This document shows positions 57,273-64,000 of a stretch of 64,000 nt of DNA, one piece after another (positions within the stretch are counted from its first letter, which is position 1; every line of letters begins with the position of its first letter). This DNA comes from an uncultured Gemmataceae bacterium. GTDB taxonomy: Bacteria > Planctomycetota > Planctomycetia > Gemmatales > Gemmataceae. Made by a program: the position numbers and the translations under genes. The DNA is taken from assembly GCA_963750165.1 (NCBI GenBank), contig CAVVPN010000003.1, forward strand, positions 3,072,001 through 3,136,000. Direction: 5' to 3'. The notes beneath the pieces were generated by a model. That model made no database searches, was not told where the DNA came from, and saw only the letters and a program-made list of their open reading frames with translations.

Positions 57273-58217
57273 ATGCGGACGCTGATTACCGGAGGGGCCG
57301 GATTCATTGGTTCCCACCTGTGCGAGCGCTTTTTGAGGGACGGCCATGAGGTCATCTGCGTCGATAACCTGATCACCGGCAGCCTGGGCAACCTCGAACA
57401 CCTGCGCGGCAACGACCGCTTCACGTTCATCCGTCACGACATCTCGCACCCGCTGGAGATCGACGGCCCGCTGGACAACATTTTGCACTTCGCGTCGCCG
57501 GCCAGTCCTGTCGATTACCTGCGGCACCCGATCCCGACGCTGAAGGTCGGCGCGCTGGGCACGCACAACGCCCTGGGCATCGCCAAGCTGAAGCAGGCGA
57601 GCTTCCTGCTGGCGAGCACCAGCGAGGTCTACGGCGACCCGGCGGTGCATCCGCAGAAGGAGGACTACTGGGGCAACGTAAATCCAATTGGTGTCAGGGG
57701 TTGCTACGATGAAGCGAAGCGCTTCGCCGAGGCGATCACGATGGCGTACCACCGCTATCACGACGTAAACACCCACATCGTAAGGATTTTCAACACTTAC
57801 GGCCCCTTTATGCGGCTGGACGACGGCCGTGTGGTGCCGAACCTGATGGGTCAGGCGCTGCGCGGCGAACCGCTGACCGTCTTCGGCGACGGCTCACAGA
57901 CGCGCAGTTTCTGCTACGTCTCCGACCTCGTGGAAGGCATCGTCCGGCTGTTGACGAAGGACTTCCACGAGCCGGTCAACCTCGGCAACCCGAACGAGGT
58001 GAGCATTCTGGATTTCGCGAAGGAGATTCAGGCGCTGGCGGGTAAGCGCTGCGAGATCGTCTTCAAGCCGCTACCGCAGGACGACCCGAAGGTGCGCAAA
58101 CCGGACATCAGCCGCGCCCGCCAGCTGCTCGGCTGGGAACCGCAGGTGGACCGGCACGAGGGCATGAAACGGACGATGGACTTCTTCCGGTCGCGGATTC
58201 AGGCACCGCCCGGATGA
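57273..58217 (+). CDS. uxs: UDP-glucuronate decarboxylase (UDP-xylose synthase)
   Basis: [61 protein letters not shown]. Confidence 0.93.
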   Translation: MRTLITGGAGFIGSHLCERFLRDGHEVICVDNLITGSLGNLEHLRGNDRFTFIRHDISHPLEIDGPLDNILHFASPASPVDYLRHPIPTLKVGALGTHNALGIAKLKQASFLLASTSEVYGDPAVHPQKEDYWGNVNPIGVRGCYDEAKRFAEAITMAYHRYHDVNTHIVRIFNTYGPFMRLDDGRVVPNLMGQALRGEPLTVFGDGSQTRSFCYVSDLVEGIVRLLTKDFHEPVNLGNPNEVSILDFAKEIQALAGKRCEIVFKPLPQDDPKVRKPDISRARQLLGWEPQVDRHEGMKRTMDFFRSRIQAPPG

Positions 58218-58286
58218 GCCACTTCTGTTTCGATGGCGGCCAGCCTATACTAACACCATGCACCCCCTCGTGAGGAACCGCACACC

Positions 58287-59594
58287 ATGCCGCCGATGAC
58301 GCTGACCGAAAAAATCCTCGCCCGCCACGCCAACCGCGCCGCCGTGCAGCCCGGCGACAACATCTGGGTCGATACCGACATCCTCATGACGCACGATGTC
58401 TGCGGTCCTGGCACCATCGGCATCTTCAAGCAGGAGTTCGGCAAGGACGCGAAGGTCTGGGACCGTGAGAAGGTGGTCATCATCCCCGACCACTACATCT
58501 TCACGCAGGACCGCATGGCCAACCGCAACGTGGAAGTGCTGCGCCAGTTCGCCGTCGAGCAGCACCTGCGCTACTTTTACGACGTGGGCACGCCGAGTTA
58601 CAAGGGCGTCTGTCACATCGCCTTGCCGGAGGAGGGCCACACGCGGCCGGGCGAAGTGCTGTTCGGCACCGACAGCCACACCTGCACCGCGGGCGCCTTC
58701 GGCGAGTTCGCGACCGGAATCGGCAACACCGACGCCGGCTTCGTCATGGGCACCGGCAAGCTCTGGGTGAAAGTACCGCCGACCATGCGTTTCGTCTTCC
58801 ACGGCCAGCTGCCACCGTACCTGATGGCCAAGGATTTGATCCTCGCGGTGATCGGCGACATCGGCTGCGACGGCGCCACTTACCGTGCGATGGAGTTCGA
58901 CGGCGAGGCGCTGTACGCGCTGAACATCGAGGAGCGCATGACGCTGTGCAACATGGTGATCGAGGCCGGCGGCAAGAACGGTGTCATCGCGCCGGATCAG
59001 GTGACATTGGACTTCGTCAACGCCCGCAACGCCGGCCAACGGCCCTACACCGTCTACAAGAGCGACCCGGACGCACAGTTCATTTTCGAGAAGGTTTACG
59101 ATGTCTCGAAGCTGGAGCCGGTGGTGGCGAAGCCGCACAGCCCGGACAACAAGGCGAAGGTGTCGGAGGTGCGCGGCACCCGGCTGGACCGGGCGTACAT
59201 CGGCTCCTGCACGGGCGGCAAGATGACCGACTTCCGCGCCGCGGCGGCGATCCTCAAGGGGCGGCACGTGCGCATCGACACCTTCGTGGTGCCGGCGACC
59301 AGCGAAATCGCCCGCGGGTTGAAGCAAGAAAAGCTGAACGGTCAGACGCTGGAGGAGGTGTTTTTGGCGGCGGGCGCCAAGCTGGGTGAGCCGTCGTGTG
59401 CTGCCTGCCTGGGCGGGCCGAGCGACACCTTCGGCCGGTTGAACGAGCCGCTGAGTTGCATCAGCACGACCAATCGCAATTTCCCGGGCCGCATGGGGCA
59501 CAAGCAGGCGCAGGTGTTCCTGGCCAGTCCGATGACGGTCGCCGCCAGCGCCGTGACCGGCACCATTACCGACCCGCGCGAGTGCATGCAATGA
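58287..59594 (+). CDS. leuC: 3-isopropylmalate dehydratase large subunit
   Basis: TEKILA, GVCH, GTDSHTCT, ERMTLCNM, IGSCTGG, CAACLG, STTNRNFPGRMG. Confidence 0.92.
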   Translation: MPPMTLTEKILARHANRAAVQPGDNIWVDTDILMTHDVCGPGTIGIFKQEFGKDAKVWDREKVVIIPDHYIFTQDRMANRNVEVLRQFAVEQHLRYFYDVGTPSYKGVCHIALPEEGHTRPGEVLFGTDSHTCTAGAFGEFATGIGNTDAGFVMGTGKLWVKVPPTMRFVFHGQLPPYLMAKDLILAVIGDIGCDGATYRAMEFDGEALYALNIEERMTLCNMVIEAGGKNGVIAPDQVTLDFVNARNAGQRPYTVYKSDPDAQFIFEKVYDVSKLEPVVAKPHSPDNKAKVSEVRGTRLDRAYIGSCTGGKMTDFRAAAAILKGRHVRIDTFVVPATSEIARGLKQEKLNGQTLEEVFLAAGAKLGEPSCAACLGGPSDTFGRLNEPLSCISTTNRNFPGRMGHKQAQVFLASPMTVAASAVTGTITDPRECMQ

Positions 59595-59597
59595 TGA

Positions 59598-59660
59598 GGT
59601 CCGAGCCCGAGCGCCAGCGAGGTGGCAGGCTGGCCCCTCGCTGGCGCTCGGGCTCGGACC
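59598..59660. repeat. REP-like palindrome between leuC and leuD
   Basis: GGTCCGAGCCCGAGCGCCAGCGAGG...CCTCGCTGGCGCTCGGGCTCGGACC, 25-bp perfect arms. Confidence 0.88.
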
Positions 59661-59677
59661 CGGAAGAAGGATCCGCG

Positions 59678-60241
59678 ATGCAGACCGAAATCACCGGCAA
59701 GGTTTACGTCCTGGGCGACAATGTCGATACCGACCAGATCATCCCGGCTCAGTACCTGACGTACAACCCGGCCATCCCGGAGGAGTTCCGCCAGTTCGGC
59801 AAGTACGCGCTGAGCAGCGTACCGCCGGGCCAGGCTGGACTGCCCAAGGGTCATGTGCCGTTCCACACCGACGACGAGTTCGTCTCGCCATACCAGATCA
59901 TCGTGGCCGGCCGCAATTTCGGCTGCGGTTCGTCGCGTGAACACGCGCCGATCGCGCTGAAGGCGGCGGGCATTGTCGCGGTGGTGGCGGAGTTCTACGC
60001 CCGCATCTTCTACCGCAACAGCGTCAACGGCGGCTACCTCATCCCCATCGAGAGTGAGGGCCGCCTGTGCGACAGCGTCTGCACTGGCGACGCACTGCGC
60101 ATCGACCTGGTGAACAATCGGCTGTTCAACGTCACGACCAGCGAGCAGTGGCCGCTGAAGTCGCTGGGTGAGGTGGCGCCGATCATCGCCGCGGGCGGTG
60201 TGTTCGCCTACGCGCGGCAACAAGGGTTGCTGAAGACCTGA
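59678..60241 (+). CDS. leuD: 3-isopropylmalate dehydratase small subunit
   Basis: DNVDTDQIIPA, NFGCGSSREHAP, YARIFYRN, IIAAGG. Confidence 0.92.
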   Translation: MQTEITGKVYVLGDNVDTDQIIPAQYLTYNPAIPEEFRQFGKYALSSVPPGQAGLPKGHVPFHTDDEFVSPYQIIVAGRNFGCGSSREHAPIALKAAGIVAVVAEFYARIFYRNSVNGGYLIPIESEGRLCDSVCTGDALRIDLVNNRLFNVTTSEQWPLKSLGEVAPIIAAGGVFAYARQQGLLKT

Positions 60242-60247
60242 GCCGGC

Positions 60248-61792
60248 TCATTCCGGCAGGGGTTTGCCGCGCGTCTCCGGCGCCAGCCAGATGATCGCCA
60301 TGCCCACCAGGTAGATCAGGCTCATGAGCGAGCACGCTTGCGGATATCCCAGCTTCGGGTCCGAGCCGCCCAGCAGGCTGATGAGTGCCCCCGTTTGCAG
60401 CGCCCCGACCGCCGCCAGGATGCGGCCGAAATTGAAGCTGAACCCCTGACCGAACGCCCGCACGGCCGTCGGGAACAGCTCCGGCAAGTATAGCGGCAGC
60501 CAACCGTAGAACGACGCCGTCAGGCCGCCCGCGAAGAACACCGCCACGAGAAACAGCGGCCCGTATTCCTGGGTCAGTTGGAAAAAGATCAGGCTCGACG
60601 CCAGGGAACCGGCACACAACAGCGTGTACGCCAGGCGCCGGCTGCACCACCGGTCGAGCAGGGCCCCGAGAATCGTTCCCAGGACCGCGCCGACCGCCGA
60701 CCAGCACTGCGTCCACGCCTTGGCCTCGGGGATGCGGCCCTCGACCAACTTGTCCGCCCAGACGGACGCCCACTGAATCGACGCCCAGGTGCCCAGCAGC
60801 GCCACCCCACCCAGGCACGCGCCCAGCAGCATCCGCCGCAGCACCGGGTTTGCCAGGGTCGGAGCCGGCGCCGCCCCAGGCTGCCCCGCCTGCGCCCGTT
60901 GCAGGTAGCGGATCACCGGGAACGTGTAGCCGGCCAGCACGCACGCCAGGCACGCCAGCGACACCGGCAGCCGCACCGCCAGCGGGAATTCGTCGCCGCC
61001 CTGCAGCGGCGGCGCCCAGACATAAATCATGACGCAGGCCGCCACCGCCCCGCCCAGCACCCCGACCAGGTCGCGCGCCGCCCAGTGCGAGGTGCCGCCC
61101 TTGCTTTGTTCGTGCCGCCACTTCTCCGACTCCGGCACGAACAGCCGAATCAGGAACGTCAACAGCGCCGGCAGCGCCCCGGCCAGGAGCAGCAGCCGCC
61201 ACCCCGAGTTGCGCACCAACAAGGCAGCGGTGGCTTCCGCGAACCCCATTCCCAGCAGGCCGGCTTCAATTTGCTTGAGGACCGCGCCCAACCCCAGCCC
61301 GAGCAACGCCACCATCAGGTAACCGACGTTCGCCGCCGCCCCGATGAGTCCGGCCAGCAGCGCCCGCGACTGGTTCGGCCAGATTTCCATCACCAGGGCC
61401 ACGCCCAGCGCCCACTCGCCGCCCATGCCCAGCGCCGACATGAAGCGGAGAATGGCGATCTGTTCTGGGGAATTGGCCAGGCCGCACAGACCGCTGAAGA
61501 CCGAGTAAGTCAGCACGCTGAGGGTCATCGCCCGGACGCGGCCGAGACGGTCGCCGAGCCAGCCAAACAACACGCCGCCCGTCGCCGCCCCGACCAGGAA
61601 GCACGCCGTCGCCACGCCGAACCAGCGGCCAATCAGGCCGTCGTCAGCGGTGCCGAGCAGGTCGCTGATCGCCGGCCGGGCCACCAGCGGAAACAGGCCC
61701 ATCTCCAGGCCGTCGAACATCCAGCCCAGCAGTGCCGCCGTCAACGCCAGCCACTTGCCCTGCTTCGCCTGACCTGCCACTGGCTCGCCCAT
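60248..61792 (-). CDS. MFS transporter (SHS/AAHS-like)
   Basis: GWMFDGLE, GWLGDRLGR, RFMSALGMGGEW, YLPELFPTAVRAFGQG, PETRGKPL. Confidence 0.92.
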   Translation of the reverse strand: MGEPVAGQAKQGKWLALTAALLGWMFDGLEMGLFPLVARPAISDLLGTADDGLIGRWFGVATACFLVGAATGGVLFGWLGDRLGRVRAMTLSVLTYSVFSGLCGLANSPEQIAILRFMSALGMGGEWALGVALVMEIWPNQSRALLAGLIGAAANVGYLMVALLGLGLGAVLKQIEAGLLGMGFAEATAALLVRNSGWRLLLLAGALPALLTFLIRLFVPESEKWRHEQSKGGTSHWAARDLVGVLGGAVAACVMIYVWAPPLQGGDEFPLAVRLPVSLACLACVLAGYTFPVIRYLQRAQAGQPGAAPAPTLANPVLRRMLLGACLGGVALLGTWASIQWASVWADKLVEGRIPEAKAWTQCWSAVGAVLGTILGALLDRWCSRRLAYTLLCAGSLASSLIFFQLTQEYGPLFLVAVFFAGGLTASFYGWLPLYLPELFPTAVRAFGQGFSFNFGRILAAVGALQTGALISLLGGSDPKLGYPQACSLMSLIYLVGMAIIWLAPETRGKPLPE

Positions 61793-61985
61793 GACCGCCG
61801 CCTTCGTTCGGGGTGTTCGCGGAGAGTGATGCGACTCTGCCCAGCATAACGGCCCGCCGGGGACGGTCAAACAAATTGCCAAACGCGGATCGGATCGACG
61901 GCGGCGGACACCTTCCCCTTTGCCCGGCGGGCCGATAGGAATACCTGCGAATGGCTGATTCCAACAACAGAGGGAGTGGACTGTC

Positions 61986-62734
61986 ATGCTGCGATTGGGA
62001 CTGCGGATGGGGAGTGTGCTGGTCGTGGGCGTGGCCGGCTGGCTGCTGGTCGGCGCCGGCGGCGCGGGCGGGCCGGGCGGTAAGGCGCTGCTGCCGAAGG
62101 CGGACTTCGACGCCCTGGTCAAGCACGACGCCAAGGTGGTCGCGGACCTCCTGACCAAGGGCGCCCCGGACAAGAAGACCACGCGCAAGGTCAAGGCGGC
62201 CGCGTACATGATCGCCGCCTATGGCCACGTCAACGGCGCCAAGGACTACGCCGCCGCCGGCCAGCAACTCATCAAGCTGATCGAGGACGGCAAGCACAAG
62301 GAAGCCGCGGACCTGGCCAAGGCGCTGGGGCGCTCAAGCCCGCTGCCGGCGGCAAGGCCGGGCCGCTGGGCAAGGCGCTGGACCTCGGCGAGGTCATGCA
62401 CCAGTTCTCCAGCGAGCGCGTCGGCGGCTTCGGCATCGAGAAGGAACTGGGCGACCTGACCGAGGCCAAGGATCTGACGCCGGCGCAACTTCAGCATGTG
62501 GCGCGGCTGGGCTACAAGTTGGCGACGGTCGGCCAGGCGGCGCTGGAGTACAAGGAGGAGCGCAACGAGGGCGGCCAGAAGACCGCCGCGAACTGGGTGG
62601 CGCACGCGGAGCAGTTCCGCAAGGCGGCGCTGGACCTGGCGGCCGCGGCCCAGTCCAAAAATGTCCAGGCCACCCAGGGGGCGCTGGAGAAGGTCAACAC
62701 CAGCTGCGTCAAGTGCCACGACATCTTCCGCTGA
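61986..62734 (+). CDS. Secreted class II (cytochrome c'-like) cytochrome c; frameshift near 62330-62360
   Basis: Signal peptide in ORF 61986; C-terminal helical bundle ending SCVKCHDIFR in ORF 62396. Confidence 0.78.
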
Positions 62735-62762
62735 GCGGCGTGGCCGCCTGAGATCACCATTT

Positions 62763-62796
62763 CCGGCGTAGCGCCACATTCTCGGCGCTACGCCGG
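62763..62796. terminator. Hairpin after the cytochrome c gene
   Basis: CCGGCGTAGCGCC-ACATTCTC-GGCGCTACGCCGG. Confidence 0.6.
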
Positions 62797-62817
62797 TCAG
62801 GTATGAGGGGGAAGCCC

Positions 62818-63327
62818 GTGAGCGAGGATCGACGCGTCTACTGCTCTTTCTGCGAGCAGACCTACCTCACCAGTGATCTGGAGAAATGCTCCCTCTGCCG
62901 CAAGGCCGGTGGCCTCGTTGACCCGTCGAGCCCGGCGGCGCTGGGTCAGCTGGTCGCCAGCAAGCGGCAGCAGTCCAGCCCCGCGGAACAATTTCAGGAA
63001 GTGCTTGCCACCGGCGTCGAGATCGCCCTGTTGCTGAGGCAACTGGTGCTCCTGGTCGGCCTCGGCGTGCTGCTGATCGGGTTTGGCGCGGTGCTGATCT
63101 TCGTGCCGGACCTGCGTTCCAACCCGCGGCGGTTGTCCTATGAGGAACTGTTACTCGGCTTCGGGGTTGCTGCGGGCGGCGGGGTGTTGCTCGTGTGGGC
63201 CGCGGTCGTCTGGCGGCGCGCGAAAGCCAACGCGGCAGCTCGCGCCCGGGCGCGGGACGCTCAATCCCCAGCGGACCAGGTCACGACCTCCTTGCCGGCC
63301 TTGCGCAGCAGCCAGGACAACCCGTAA
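62818..63327 (+). CDS. Hypothetical membrane protein with N-terminal CxxC...CxxC
   Basis: CSFC...CSLC then two TM segments; GTG start; the tail overlaps the convergent remnant. Confidence 0.6.
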   Translation: MSEDRRVYCSFCEQTYLTSDLEKCSLCRKAGGLVDPSSPAALGQLVASKRQQSSPAEQFQEVLATGVEIALLLRQLVLLVGLGVLLIGFGAVLIFVPDLRSNPRRLSYEELLLGFGVAAGGGVLLVWAAVVWRRAKANAAARARARDAQSPADQVTTSLPALRSSQDNP

Positions 63328-63553
63328 CCGCCGCCATCGACGCGGAGGAGGCGCGGCAGGTTGGGCGAAGCGATGAGAGCCTCCCACAAGTCTTCAGCCG
63401 GTTCCTCGACATGCAGCACCAGGGGCCATCATTTCGCGGCCTTGAGAGACCGAGAAGTCCTGTCACGCCAGGGCGGGGCGCGTCGTCGTCAGGGCGGTCC
63501 AGGACAGCCTGGAAGAGGGCCTGTACCGGGTCAGGAGCACGTCGCTTTGCCAT
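63261..63553 (-). pseudogene. Internally deleted TIGR02996-domain/LRR protein remnant
   Basis: ALFQAVLDRPDDDAPR (start of the TIGR02996 motif) and, in another frame, WEALIASPNLPRL (LRR-like unit) ending at TGA 63261. Confidence 0.6.
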
Positions 63554-63662
63554 GTGGGCATCTTACGGCGCCTTCGCGGTTCCTGCGTAACTTGACGCTC
63601 CCGCTGTGATTGGTCACACTAAACCTGAAAGCCCGCAGCCGGCACAGACTGAGGCCCCTGGG

Positions 63663-64000
63663 ATGACCGACTCGACTCTGCCGACCCCCAACCCGCCGCC
63701 GCCGACCACCGCGCCGACCATCGTCGCCGACAGCCCGCAGTCTGTCGCCCCTACGGACCTCAGCGCCGGCGCCGCGCCGCAACGCCTCGGCGACTACGAA
63801 CTGCTCGCGGAGATCGGCCGCGGTGGCATGGGCGTCGTCTACAAGGCCCGACACGTCCGCCTCGGCCGCATCGTCGCCCTCAAGATGATCCTCGGCGGCG
63901 CGCTGGCTCGCCCCGAGGATTTGCAGCGCTTTCAGACCGAGGCCGCCGCCGCTGCCCAGCTGCAGCACCCCAACATCGTCGCGCTTTACGAGGCCGGCAC
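63663..64000 (+). CDS. Hanks-type Ser/Thr protein kinase, 3'-truncated by the window edge
   Basis: [38 protein letters not shown]; upstream TTGACG-17 nt-CACACT. Confidence 0.93.
   Translation, partial: MTDSTLPTPNPPPPTTAPTIVADSPQSVAPTDLSAGAAPQRLGDYELLAEIGRGGMGVVYKARHVRLGRIVALKMILGGALARPEDLQRFQTEAAAAAQLQHPNIVALYEAG

Overview
High-GC bacterial chromosome segment. It is most likely Planctomycetota (Gemmataceae-like), judged from the DUF4058 and TIGR02996-type genes, WD40 proteins with the 'D..GDPLP.GAVARLG' leader, a giant secreted protein with the 'LEQLE.R..P' planctomycete signature and a eukaryote-type Ser/Thr kinase. About 50 genes are present, mostly housekeeping or metabolic (pdxJ, HU, acs, glgC, hemG, uxs, leuCD, YchF-like, HtrA-like proteases). 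No rRNA, tRNA or CRISPR array was recognised. At least six otherwise intact genes carry single-base frameshifts, which points to read/assembly errors rather than real pseudogenes. Intergenic gaps hold many different REP-like palindromes. Best candidates for a second look: (i) a primase-like TOPRIM gene paired with a short viperin-like radical SAM gene; (ii) a ~4000-aa beta-helix surface protein ending in cohesin-dockerin-cohesin; (iii) a trypsin-fold protease with Cys at the catalytic Ser position and a PDZ domain inserted into the protease domain; (iv) tandem DUF2330 paralogs that differ mainly in one loop; (v) a decaying integron-cassette/attC cluster without an integrase; (vi) a 78-bp MITE with a TTA duplication inserted inside a REP. 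All family assignments are from motif recognition by eye; no searches were run.
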